Positions 15,001 to 27,757 of a stretch of DNA of 64,000 nucleotides are shown here, piece by piece. This DNA is from Mobula hypostoma. Taxonomy: Eukaryota. The stretch is from assembly GCF_963921235.1 (NCBI RefSeq), contig NC_086098.1:1550001-1614000 (forward strand), written 5' to 3'. A program made the position numbers and the translations under genes. Every line of letters begins with the position of its first letter. Position 1 is the first letter of the stretch. The notes under the pieces are model-generated. The model was not told the DNA's origin, did no database searches, and saw only the letters and a list, made by a program, of their open reading frames with translations.

Positions 15001-18000
15001 GTTCCCGGCATGCTATGTTATAGTTACGAGTTCCCGGCATGCCATGTTAGATTTACTGAGTTCTCAGGACGCTCTGTTAGAGTTACTGAGTTCCCGGCAT
15101 GCCATGTTAGAGTTCCTGAGTTCTCGGTATGCCATGTTAGAGTTACTGAGTTCCCGGCATGCCATGTTAGAGTTACTGAGTTCTCGACATGCCATGTTAG
15201 AGTTACTGAGTTCCCGGCATTATATGTTAGAGTTACTGAGTTCTCGGCATGCTATTTTAGAGTTACTGAGTTCCCGGCATGCCACGTTAGAGTTACTGAG
15301 TTCCCGGCATGCCCTGTTAGAGTTACTGAGTTCCCGGCATGCTACGTTAGAGTTACTGAGTTCCCGGCGTGCTACGTTAGAGCTACTGAGTTCCCAGCAT
15401 GCCATGTTAGCGTTAATGAGTTCCCGACATGCGATGTTAGACTTACTGAGTTCCCGGCATGCCATGTTAGAGTTCCTGCCTTACCGGCATGCTATGTTAG
15501 AGTTACTGAGTTCTCGGCATACGATGTTAGAGTTACTGAGTTCTCCGCATGGGACGTTAGAGTTACTGTGTTCTCGACATGCCATGTTAGAGTTACTGAG
15601 TTCTCGGCATGCTATGTTAGGGTTACTGAGTCCTCGGCATGCCATGTTAGAGTTACTGAGTTCCCGGCATGCTACGTTAGAGTTACTGAGTTCTTGGCAT
15701 GCCATGTTAGAGTTACTGAGTTCCCGGCTTGCCATGTTAGAGTTACTGAGTTCCCGGCCTGCTACGTTAGAGTTACTGAGTTCTCAGCATGCTAAGTTAG
15801 AGTTACTGAGTTCCCGGCATGCCATGTTAGAGTTACTGAGTTCTCGGCATGCCATGTTAGAGTTACTGAGTTCCCGGCATGCCCTGTTAGAGTTACTGAG
15901 TTCCCGGCATGCTACGTTAGAGTTACTGAGTTCCCGGCGTGCCATGTTAGAGTTACTGAGTTCCCGGCGTGCCATGTTAGAGTTACTGAGTTCCCGGCAT
16001 GCTACGTTAGAGTTACTGAGTTCTCGGCATGCAATGTTAGAGTTACTGAGTTCTCGACATGCCATGTTAGAGTTACTGAGTTCTCGGCATGCTATGTTAG
16101 AGTTACTGAGTTCTCGGCATGCCATGTTAGAGTTACTGAGTTCCCGGCATGCTATGTTCGAGTTACTGTGTTCCCGGCATGCCATCTTCGAGTTACTGAG
16201 TTCCCGAGTTCCCGCCATGCCATGTTAGATTTACTGAGTTCTCAGCACGCTACGTTAGAGTTACTGAGTTCTCGTCATGCGATGTTAGAGTTACTGAGTT
16301 CCCGGCATGCGATGTTAGAGTTACTGAGTTCTCCGCATGCTACGTTAGAGTTACTGAGTTCGCGGCATGCTATGTTAGAGTTACTGAGTTCTCGGCATGC
16401 CATGTTAGAGTTACTGAGTTCCCGGCATGCCATGTTGGAGTTACTGAGATCCCGGCATGCTACGTTAGAGTTACTGTGTTCTCGACATGCCATGTTAGAG
16501 TTACTGAGTTCTCGGCATGCTATGTTAGGGTTACTGAGTCCTCGGGATGCCATGTTAGAGTTACTGAGTTCCCGGCATGCTACGTTAGAGTTACTGAGTT
16601 CCCGGCATGCTATGTTAGAGTTACTGAGTTCCCGGCATGCCATGTTAGAGTTACTGAGTTCTCGGCATGCCATGTTAGAGTTACTGAGTTCCCGGCATGC
16701 CATGTTAGAGTTACTGAGTTCTCGACATGCCATGTTAGAGTTACTGAGTTCCCGGCATGATATGTTAGAGTTACTGAGTTCTCGGCATGCTATGTTAGAG
16801 TTACTGAGTTCCCGGCATGCCACGTTAGAGTTACTGAGTTCCCGGCATGCCCTGTTAGAGTTACTGAGTTCCCGGCATGCTACGTTAGAGTTACTGAGTT
16901 CCCGGCGTGCTACGTTAGAGCTACTGAGTTCCCAGCATGCCATGTTAGCGTTAATGAGTTCCCGACATGCGATGTTAGACTTACTGAGTTCCCAGCATGC
17001 CATGTTAGAGTTCCTGCCTTACCGGCATGCTATGTTAGAGTTACTGAGTTCTCGGCATACGATGTTAGAGTTACTGAGTTCTCCGCATGGGACGTTAGAG
17101 TTACTGTGTTCTCGACATGCCATGTTAGAGTTACTGAGTTCTCGGCATGCTATGTTAGGGTTACTGAGTCCTCGGCATGCCATGTTAGAGTTACTGAGTT
17201 CCCGGCATGCTACGTTAGAGTTACTGAGTTCTTGGCATGCCATGTTAGAGTTACTGAGTTCCCGGCTTGCCATGTTCGAGTTACTGAGTTCCCGGCCTGC
17301 TACGTTAGAGTTACTGAGTTCTCAGCATGCTAAGTTAGAGTTACTGAGTTCCCGGCATGCCATGTTAGAGTTACTGAGTTCTCGGCATGCCATGTTAGAG
17401 TTACTGAGTTCCCGGCATGCCCTGTTAGAGTTACTGAGTTCCCGGCATGCTACGTTAGAGTTACTGAGTTCCCGGCGTGCCATGTTAGAGTTACTGAGTT
17501 CCCGGCGTGCCATGTTAGAGTTACTGAGTTCCCGGCATGCTACGTTAGAGTTACTGAGTTCTCGGCATGCAATGTTAGAGTTCCTGAGTTCTCGACATGC
17601 CATGTTAGAGTTACTGAATTCTCGGCATGCTATGTTAGAGTTACTGAGTTCTCGGCATGCCATGTCAGAGTTACTGAGTTCCCGGCATGCTATGTTCGAG
17701 TTACTGTGTTCCCGGCATGCCATCTTCGAGTTACTGAGTTCCCGAGTTCCCGCCATGCCATGTTAGATTTACTGAGTTCTCAGCACGCTACGTTAGAGTT
17801 ACTGAGTTCTCGTCATGCGATGTTAGAGTTACTGAGTTCCCGGCATGCGATGTTAGAGTTACTGAGTTCTCCGCATGGTACGTTAGAGTTACTGAGTTCG
17901 CGGCATGCTATGTTAGAGTTACGGAGTTCTCGGCATGCCATGTTAGAGTTACTGAGTTCCCGGCATGCCATGTTGGAGTTACTGAGATCCCGGCATGCTA

Positions 18001-21000
18001 CGTTAGAGTTACTGTGTTCTCGACATGCCATGTTAGAGTTACTGAGTTCTCGGCATGCTATGTTAGGGTTACTGAGTCCTCGGGATGCCATGTTAGAGTT
18101 ACTGAGTTCCCGGCATGCTACGTTAGAGTTACTGAGTTCCCGGCATGCTATGTTAGAGTTACTGAGTTCCCGGCATGCCATGTTAGAGTTCCTGAGTTCT
18201 CGGTATGCCATGTTAGAGTTACTGAGTTCCCGGCATGCCATGTTAGAGTTACTGAGTTCTCGACATGCCATGTTAGAGTTACTGAGTTCCCGGCATTATA
18301 TGTTAGAGTTACTGAGTTCTCGGCATGCTATTTTAGAGTTACTGAGTTCCCGGCATGCCACGTTAGAGTTACTGAGTTCCCGGCATGCCCTGTTAGAGTT
18401 ACTGAGTTCCCGGCATGCTACGTTAGAGTTACTGAGTTCCCGGCGTGCTACGTTAGAGCTACTGAGTTCCCAGCATGCCATGTTAGCGTTAATGAGTTCC
18501 CGACATGCGATGTTAGACTTACTGAGTTCCCAGCATGCCATGTTAGAGTTCCTGCCTTACCGGCATGCTATGTTAGAGTTACTGAGTTCTCGGCATACGA
18601 TGTTAGAGTTACTGAGTTCTCCGCATGGGACGTTAGAGTTACTGTGTTCTCGACATGCCATGTTAGAGTTACTGAGTTCTCGGCATGCTATGTTAGGGTT
18701 ACTGAGTCCTCGGCATGCCATGTTAGAGTTACTGAGTTCCCGGCATGCTACGTTAGAGTTACTGAGTTCTTGGCATGCCATGTTAGAGTTACTGAGTTCC
18801 CGGCTTGCCATGTTCGAGTTACTGAGTTCCCGGCCTGCTACGTTAGAGTTACTGAGTTCTCAGCATGCTAAGTTAGAGTTACTGAGTTCCCGGCATGCCA
18901 TGTTAGAGTTACTGAGTTCTCGGCATGCCATGTTAGAGTTACTGAGTTCCCGGCATGCCCTGTTAGAGTTACTGAGTTCCCGGCATGCTACGTTAGAGTT
19001 ACTGAGTTCCCGGCGTGCCATGTTAGAGTTACTGAGTTCCCGGCGTGCCATGTTAGAGTTACTGAGTTCCCGGCATGCTACGTTAGAGTTACTGAGTTCT
19101 CGGCATGCAATGTTAGAGTTACTGAGTTCTCGGCATGCCATGTTAGAGTTACTGAATTCTCGGCATGCTATGTTAGAGTTACTGAGTTCTCGGCATGCCA
19201 TGTCAGAGTTACTGAGTTCCCGGCATGCTATGTTCGAGTTACTGTGTTCCCGGCATGCCATCTTCGAGTTACTGAGTTCCCGAGTTCCCGCCATGCCATG
19301 TTAGATTTACTGAGTTCTCAGCACGCTACGTTAGAGTTACTGAGTTCTCGTCATGCGATGTTAGAGTTACTGAGTTCCCGGCATGCGATGTTAGAGTTAC
19401 TGAGTTCTCCGCATGGTACGTTAGAGTTACTGAGTTCGCGGCATGCTATGTTAGAGTTACGGAGTTCTCGGCATGCCATGTTAGAGTTACTGAGTTCCCG
19501 GCATGCCATGTTGGAGTTACTGAGATCCCGGCATGCTACGTTAGAGTTACTGTGTTCTCGACATGCCATGTTAGAGTTACTGAGTTCTCGGCATGCTATG
19601 TTAGGGTTACTGAGTCCTCGGGATGCCATGTTAGAGTTACTGAGTTCCCGGCATGCTACGTTAGAGTTACTGAGTTCCCGGCATGCTATGTTAGAGTTAC
19701 TGAGTTCCCGGCATGCCATGTTAGAGTTACTGAGTTCCCGAGTTCCCGGCATGCCATGTTAGATTTACTGAGTTCTCAGGACGCTCTGTTAGAGTTACTG
19801 AGTTCCCGGCATGCCATGTTAGATTTACTGAGTTCTCAGGACGCTCTGTTAGAGTTACTGAGTTCCCGGCATGCTACGTTAGAGTTACTGAGTTCCCGGC
19901 GTGCTACGTTAGAGCTACTGAGTTCCCGGCATGCCATGTTAGAGTTCCTGCGTTACCGGCATGCTATGTTAGAGTTACTGAGTTCTCGGCATGCCATGTT
20001 AGAGTAACTGAGTTCCCGGCATGCAATCTTAGAATTAATGAGTTCCCGGCGTGCCTTGTTAGAGGTACTGAGTTCCCGGCGTGCCATGTTAGAGTTACTG
20101 AGTTCCCCGCGTGCCATGTTAGAGTTACTGTGTTCTCGACATGCCATGTTAGAGTTACTGAGTTTTCGGCGTGTAATGTTAGAGTTACTGAGTTCCCGGC
20201 ATGCCATGTTAGAGTTACTGAGTTCCCGGCATGCCCTGTTAGAGTTACTGAGTTCCCGGCATGCTACGTTAGAGTTACTGAGTTCCCGGCGTGCCATGTT
20301 AGAGTTACTGAGTTCCCGGCATGCCACGTTAGAGTTACTGAGTTCTCGGCATGCCATGTTAGAGTTACTGAGTTTATGGCATGCCATGTTAGAGTTACTG
20401 TGTTCTCGACATGCCATGTTAGAGTTACTGAGTTCACGGCATGCTACGTTAGAGTTACTGAGTTCCCGGCATGCTATGTTCGAGATACTGAGTTCCCGGC
20501 ATGCCATGTTAGAGTTACTGAGTTCCCGAGTTCCCGGCATGCCATGTTAGATTTACTGACTTCTCAGGACGCTACGTTAGAGTTACTGAGTTCCTGGCAT
20601 GCTACGTTAGAGTTACTGAGTTCCCGGCATACCATATTAGAGTTACTGAGTTCTCAACATGCGATGTTGGAGTTACTGAGTTTATGGCATGACATGTTAG
20701 AGTTACTGAGTTCTCGGCATGCCCTGTTAGAGTTACTGAGTTCCCGGCATGCTACGTTAGAGTTACTGAGTTCTCGGCGTGCCATGTTAGAGTTACTGAG
20801 TTCTCGGCATGCCATGTTAGAGTTACTGAGTTCCCGACATGCCATGTTAGAGTTACTGATTTTATGGCATGCCATGTTAGAGTTACTGAGTTCTCGGCAT
20901 GCCATGTTAGAGTTACTGAGTTCTCGACATGCCATGTTAGAGTTACTGAGTTCTCGGCATGCTATGTTAGAGTTACTGAGTTCCCGGCATGCTACGTTAG

Positions 21001-24000
21001 AGTTACTGAGTTCCCGGCATGCTATGTTATAGTTACGAGTTCCCGGCATGCCATGTTAGATTTACTGAGTTCTCAGGACGCTCTGTTAGAGTTACTGAGT
21101 TCCCGGCATGCCATGTTAGAGTTCCTGAGTTCTCGGTATGCCATGTTAGAGTTACTATGTTCCCGGCATGCCATGTTAGAGTTACTGAGTTCTCGACATG
21201 CCATGTTAGAGTTACTGAGTTCCCGGCATTATATGTTAGAGTTACTGAGTTCTCGGCATGCTATTTTAGAGTTACTGAGTTCCCGGCATGCCACGTTAGA
21301 GTTACTGAGTTCCCGGCATGCCCTGTTAGAGTTACTGAGTTCCCGGCATGCTACGTTAGAGTTACTGAGTTCCCGGCGTGCTACGTTAGAGCTACTGAGT
21401 TCCCAGCATGCCATGTTAGCGTTAATGAGTTCCCGACATGCGATGTTAGACTTACTGAGTTCCCAGCATGCCATGTTAGAGTTCCTGCCTTACCGGCATG
21501 CTATGTTAGAGTTACTGAGTTCTCGGCATACGATGTTAGAGTTACTGAGTTCTCCGCATGGGACGTTAGAGTTACTGTGTTCTCGACATGCCATGTTAGA
21601 GTTACTGAGTTCTCGGCATGCTATGTTAGGGTTACTGAGTCCTCGGCATGCCATGTTAGAGTTACTGAGTTCCCGGCATGCTACGTTAGAGTTACTGAGT
21701 TCTTGGCATGCCATGTTAGAGTTACTGAGTTCCCGGCTTGCCATGTTCGAGTTACTGAGTTCCCGGCCTGCTACGTTAGAGTTACTGAGTTCTCAGCATG
21801 CTAAGTTAGAGTTACTGAGTTCCCGGCATGCCATGTTAGAGTTACTGAGTTCTCGGCATGCCATGTTAGAGTTACTGAGTTCCCGGCATGCCCTGTTAGA
21901 GTTACTGAGTTCCCGGCATGCTACGTTAGAGTTACTGAGTTCCCGGCGTGCCATGTTAGAGTTACTGAGTTCCCGGCGTGCCATGTTAGAGTTACTGAGT
22001 TCCCGGCATGCTACGTTAGAGTTACTGAGTTCTCGGCATGCAATGTTAGAGTTCCTGAGTTCTCGACATGCCATGTTAGAGTTACTGAATTCTCGGCATG
22101 CTATGTTAGAGTTACTGAGTTCTCGGCATGCCATGTCAGAGTTACTGAGTTCCCGGCATGCTATGTTCGAGTTACTGTGTTCCCGGCATGCCATCTTCGA
22201 GTTACTGAGTTCCCGAGTTCCCGCCATGCCATGTTAGATTTACTGAGTTCTCAGCACGCTACGTTAGAGTTACTGAGTTCTCGTCATGCGATGTTAGAGT
22301 TACTGAGTTCTCGGCATGCGATGTTAGAGTTACTGAGTTCCCGGCCTGCTACGTTAGAGTTACTGAGTTCTCAGCATGCTAAGTTAGAGTTACTGAGTTC
22401 CCGGCATGCCATGTTAGAGTTACTGAGTTCTCGGCATGCCATGTTAGAGTTACTGAGTTCCCGGCATGCCCTGTTAGAGTTACTGAGTTCCCGGCATGCT
22501 ACGTTAGAGTTACTGAGTTCCCGGCGTGCCATGTTAGAGTTACTGAGTTCCCGGCGTGCCATGTTAGAGTTACTGAGTTCCCGGCATGCTACGTTAGAGT
22601 TACTGAGTTCTCGGCATGCGATGTTAGAGTTACTGAGTTCTCCGCATGGTACGTTAGAGTTACTGAGTTCGCGGCATGCTATGTTAGAGTTACGGAGTTC
22701 TCGGCATGCCATGTTAGAGTTACTGAGTTCCCGGCATGCCATGTTGGAGTTACTGAGATCCCGGCATGCTACGTTAGAGTTACTGTGTTCTCGACATGCC
22801 ATGTTAGAGTTACTGAGTTCTCGGCATGCTATGTTAGGGTTACTGAGTCCTCGGCATGCCATGTTAGAGTTACTGAGTTCCCGGCATGCTACGTTAGAGT
22901 TACTGAGTTCCCGGCATGCTATGTTAGAGTTACTGAGTTCCCGGCATGCCATGTTAGAGTTACTGAGTTCCCGAGTTCCCGGCATGCCATGTTAGATTTA
23001 CTGAGTTCTCAGGACGCTCTGTTAGAGTTACTGAGTTCCCGGCATGCCATGTTAGATTTACTGAGTTCTCAGGACGCTCTGTTAGAGTTACTGAGTTCCC
23101 GGCATGCTACGTTAGAGTTACTGAGTTCCCGGCGTGCTACGTTAGAGCTACTGAGTTCCCGGCATGCCATGTTAGAGTTCCTGCGTTACCGGCATGCTAT
23201 GTTAGAGTTACTGAGTTCTCGGCATGCGATGTTAGAGTTACTGAGTTCCCGGCATGCGATGTTAGAGTTACTGAGTTCTCCGCATGGGACGTTAGAGTTA
23301 CTGTGTTCTCGACATGCCATGTTAGAGTTACTGAGTTCCCGGCATGCTACGTTAGAGTTACTGAGTTCTTGGCATGCCATGTTAGGGTTACTGAGTCCTC
23401 GGCATGCCATGTTAGAGTTACTGAGTTCCCGGCATGCTACGTTAGAGTTACTGAGTTCTTGGCATGCCATGTTAGAGTTACTGAGTTCCCGGCTTGCCAT
23501 GGTCGAGTTACTGAGTTCCCGGCCTGCTACGTTAGAGTTACTGAGTTCTCAGCATGCTAAGTTAGAGTTACTGAGTTCCCGGCATGCCATGTTAGAGTTA
23601 CTGAGTTCTCGGCATGCCATGTTAGAGTTACTGAGTTCCCGGCATGCCCTGTTAGAGTTACTGAGTTCCCGGCATGCTACGTTAGAGTTACTGAGTTCCC
23701 GGCGTGCCATGTTAGAGTTACTGAGTTCCCGGCGTGCCATGTTAGAGTTACTGAGTTCCCGGCATGCTACGTTAGAGTTACTGAGTTCTCGGCATGCAAT
23801 GTTAGAGTTCCTGAGTTCTCGACATGCCATGTTAGAGTTACTGAATTCTCGGCATGCTATGTTAGAGTTACTGAGTTCTCGGCATGCCATGTCAGAGTTA
23901 CTGAGTTCCCGGCATGCTATGTTCGAGTTACTGTGTTCCCGGCATGCCATCTTCGAGTTACTGAGTTCCCGTGTTCCCGCCATGCCATGTTAGATTTACT

Positions 24001-25573
24001 GAGTTCTCAGCACGCTACGTTAGAGTTACTGAGTTCTCGGCATGCGATGTTAGAGTTACTGAGTTCCCGGCATGCGATGTTAGAGTTACTGAGTTCTCCG
24101 CATGGTACGTTAGAGTTACTGAGTTCGCGGCATGCTATGTTAGAGTTACGGAGTTCTTGGCATGCCATGTTAGAGTTACTGAGTTCCCGGCATGCCATGT
24201 TGGAGTTACTGAGATCCTGGCATGCTACGTTAGAGTTACTGTGTTCTCGACATGCCATGTTAGAGTTACTGAGTTCCCGGCATGCTACGTTAGAGTTACT
24301 GAGTTCCCGGCATGCTATGTTAGATTTACTGAGTTCCCGGCATGCCATGTTAGAGTTACTGAGTTCCCGAGTTCCCGGCATGCCATGTTAGATGTACTGA
24401 GTTCTCAGGACGCTCTGTTAGAGTTACTGAGTTCCCGGCATGCCATGTTAGAGTTCCTGAGTTCTCGGTATGCCATGTTAGAGTTACTGAGTTCCCGGCA
24501 TGCCATGTTAGAGTTACTGAGTTCTCGACATGCCATGTTAGAGTTACTGAGTTCCCGGCATTATATGTTAGAGTTACTGAGTTCCCGGCATGCCCTGTTA
24601 GAGTTACTGAGTTCCCGGCATGCTACGTTAGAGTTACTGAGTTCCCGACATGCGATGTTAGACTTACTGAGTTCCCGGCATGCCATGTTAGAGTTCCTGC
24701 GTTACCGGCATGCTATGTTAGAGTTACTGAGTTCTCGGCATGCGATGTTAGAGTTACTGAGTTCCCGGCATGCGATGTTAGAGTTACTGAGTTCTCCGCA
24801 TGGTACGTTAGAGTTACTGTGTTCTCGACATGCCATGTTAGAGTTACTGAGTCCTCGGCATGCCATGTTGGAGTTACTGAGTTCCCGGCATGCTACGTTA
24901 GAGTTACTGAGTTCTCGGCATGCCATGTTAGAGTTACTGAGTTCCCGGCGTGCCATGTTCGAGTTACTGAGTTCCCGGCCTGCTACGTTAGAGTTACTGA
25001 GTTCTCAGCATGCTAATTTAGAGTTACTGAGTTCCCGGCATGCCATGTTAGTGTTACTGAGTTCTCGGCATGCCATGTTAGTGTTACTGAGTTCCCGGCG
25101 TGCCATGTTAGAGTTACTGAGTTCCCGGCATGCTACGTTAGAGTTACTGAGTTCTCGGCATGCAATGTTAGAGTTCCTGAGTTCTCGACATGCCATGTTA
25201 GAGTTACTGAATTCTCGGCATGCTATGTTAGAGTTACTGAGTTCTCGGCATGCCATGTCAGAGTTACTGAGTTCCCGGCATGCTATGTTCGAGTTACTGT
25301 GTTCCCGGCATGCCATCTTCGAGTTACTGAGTTCCCGAGTTCCCGCCATGCCATGTTAGATTTTCTGAGTTCTCAGCACGCTACGTTAGAGTTACTGAGT
25401 TCTCGGCATGCGATGTTAGAGTTACTGAGTTCTCGGCATGCTTCGTTAGAGTTACTGAGTTCTCGGCATGCCACGTTAGAGTTACTGAGTTCCCGGCATG
25501 TTATGTTAGAGTTACTGAGTTCTCGGCATGCCATGTCAGAGGTACTGAGTTCTCGGCATGCTATGTTAGAGTT
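1..25573. repeat. 30-bp tandem satellite array (about 850 monomers, runs off the left edge), consensus TCCCGGCATGCCATGTTAGAGTTACTGAGT, with higher-order structure
   Basis: 30-bp periodicity is directly visible. Recurrent variant monomers occur, including 38-bp (+GAGTTCCC) and 29-bp forms. The array ends abruptly at ...ATGTTAGAGTTG. Confidence 0.99.
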
Positions 25574-26236
25574 GAAAGCATGGTGTTACTTCTTGCCCCC
25601 AGCACAATCCTCACTGATTTGATTTGATGCAAATGATGCATTTCACTGTTTCAATGTACATGTGACATAAGAAGCTATTTTTTCTATGACAGGATGGTGC
25701 AGCTAGAAACACGGAACACCATTCTAAACTGAGCAACCCACCAACCAACAGCTAGTTTTCTATTGTCAGATAGACATTTTGCTGTGCAGTAAACTCAGCA
25801 AGCTAACAGGACATAGTTATTGTAAAACACCCTCAACTCAGCAATATTCCTGGATCATTGACAGTGACTACTTCATTGGCCCGTAGCCCGGCTGTCTGAA
25901 CTCCCTATGAATACCATTAAGGAGCAGGCACAATAGCACAGAACATAGACTAGTATAGTACAGGGACAGGCCACTCACCTCACAATGTTGTGCCCATCAC
26001 GTTTCTATAACAATTCTGGATGGATGATCAATGCAGAGTTGCTAGATCATTCCATACTTGAAGAATGACTAAAAAAAATTAAAAATTAAAGATGAGATTT
26101 ATTTGTCACATGGTCATTGAAACATTGAAACATACAGTGAAGTGTGCCGTTTGCGTTAATGACTAACACCGTTCGAGGATGTGCTGGGTACAGCCCATAA
26201 GGGTTGCCACACCTCCAGCACCAGCATAGCATGTTC

Positions 26237-27339
26237 TTTCTTTCTTTTTAAATCTTTTTATTGAGTAAGTATACAAAAAAGGTAAGCCATATAAACATTA
26301 ATACAATGTTAAAGTATAATAAAATTCCAAAAGATAACAATACCAAAAAGAAAATACTACAAACAATGTAATTTAAGCATAAGAAACCAAGATAACATAA
26401 TAGTATACTAAATTTTATATATATCAATGGAAAAAAAAGAAAAAAAAACCCCAAAAATAAACCCACCGTGCAGCTAACTAAAAGCAAGGCAAAGCAATGG
26501 GCTAACTTGAAACCAAACAGAGTTAAACTTAAAATCACGTCCTCAATCCCGACCTCCATTAAAAACAAGTTAGAAATTTCCTAAGTACTATACTTTCTTC
26601 CTTTCCAATGCTTCCTCCTACATATATTTTAGATTCGATAATTAACCTTAATCCATGTCAGAAAGGTGCATCGGCTATGATTTATAATATTATTATGAAA
26701 CTTAGGAAAGCTCCATTTGATAAGATTAGGGTAGATTGGGAACAGGAATTGGGGCTTACCATTTCTGTGGATGATTGGGGGCAGATTTTACAATTAGTTA
26801 ATACTTCCTCTATTTGTGCTAAACATTCCCTAATTCAATTTAAAGTGGTTCATAGAGCACATATGTCCAAAGATAAGTTAGCGCGTTTTTACTCGCATAT
26901 TAATCCTTTCTGTGATAGATGTTCGGGGCAGATAGCCTCTTTAACTCATATGTTTTGGTCTTGCCCTACTTTGGAAACTTTTTGGAGAGATATTTTTAAT
27001 ATTATTTCTAAGGTATTAAATATAGATATCTCTCCTCACCCTATTACTGCTATCTTTGGACTACCTAAAATTTCTAGTAATCTTTCCCCTTCAGCCCGTA
27101 GAATGATTGCATTTCTTACTTTAATGGCGAAAAGATGTATTTTACAACATTGGAAAGAGCTTAATGCTCCAACCACCTTTTTTTGGTTTTCTCAGACGAT
27201 TTTATGTTTGAATTTGGAGAAAATTAGAAGTAACCTTTATGATTCTTCATTTAAATTTGAACAGATTTGGGGACCTTTTATTCGATATTTTCATTTAATG
27301 TAATATTTACCCTTCTTGTTTTTTTTTCACTGTTTTTAA
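26237..27339 (-). mobile_element. 5'-truncated, 5'-inverted L1-clade LINE: 3' UTR and tail on minus (26237-26567), ORF2 C-terminus inverted on plus (26568-27339)
   Basis: 14-bp TSD AGCATAGCATGTTC at 26223-26236 and 27340-27353. Minus-strand tail reads AATAAAAAGATTTAAAAAGAAAGAAA. The ORF carries the L1 C-terminal zinc-knuckle region (CDRC...SLTHMFWSCP). Confidence 0.9.
26568..27303 (+). pseudogene. L1 ORF2 C-terminal fragment (cysteine-rich zf-RVT-like region), uninterrupted
   Basis: ORF 26608-27303 contains WEQELG, LIQFKVVHR, CDRC, HMFWSCP and FEQIWGPF, typical of fish L1 ORF2. Confidence 0.85.
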
Positions 27340-27540
27340 AGCATAGCATGTTCATGACTAACTCAGCCTAACCCATATGTCCTTGGAATGCGGGAGGAAA
27401 CTGGTGCACTCGGAGGAGACCCATGTGGTCATGGGGAGAATGTACAAGCTTCTTACAGGTGGGAATTAAACCCCTACCTTCCCATCACTGGGGCTGCTAA
27501 TCGCTATGCTCCTATACCACCCAGGTGTTAATGAAGTCAT

Positions 27541-27757
27541 AGGGTACCACGGTAGCATAGTGGTTGGTGTGGTGATGCTGTTACTGCTCAGGACATTGGC
27601 GTCCTCTGTAAGGATTCTGCATATACTGGTTAGTAGGTTAATTGGTCATTGTAAGTTATCTGTAATTAGGCTAGGTTTAAATCATTGGTTTACTAGGCGA
27701 CACAGCTCACTGGGCCAGTGAGACCTGTTCCGTGCTGAATCTGTAAAATAAAAAAAG
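27541..27757 (+). mobile_element. Degenerate tRNA-derived SINE with a CR1-like 3' end
   Basis: A-box-like head CACGGTAGCATAGTGGTT, core GGTTAATTGGTCATTGTAA, tail GGGCCAG..ACCTGTTCCGTGCTG..TCTGTAAAATAAAA. A related 3' part lies at 44400-44527. Confidence 0.6.

Larger units (their letters stand above)
26085..27530 (-). mobile_element. SINE-like element (antisense), split by an L1 insertion into 26085-26236 and 27340-27530
   Basis: Has a LINE-type 3' end (TTTATTTGTCACAT...CATACAGTGA) and a vertebrate SINE core-like segment (GGAGGAAACTGG..GCACTCGGAGGAGACCCA..GGGGAGAATGTACAA). The two halves join across the duplicated AGCATAGCATGTTC. Confidence 0.6.

Noticed and set aside
1..25573. CRISPR-like array
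   Set aside because: Units are head-to-tail with no unique spacers, there are no cas genes, and the context is eukaryotic.
1..25573. p53 response-element array (CATG cores)
   Set aside because: CGGCATGCCA and TGCCATGTTA each deviate from RRRCWWGYYY at two or more positions and overlap rather than pair.
13..25622. Long ORFs of (MLELLSSRHA)n, (CHVRVTEFPA)n and (MACRELSNSN)n as a repeat protein
   Set aside because: The 30-bp unit happens to be stop-free in three frames. Recurrent +8 and -1 bp monomers shift the frame freely, and there is no unique domain.
26248..26568. Hydrophobic 106-aa membrane protein
   Set aside because: It is the T-rich L1 3' UTR.
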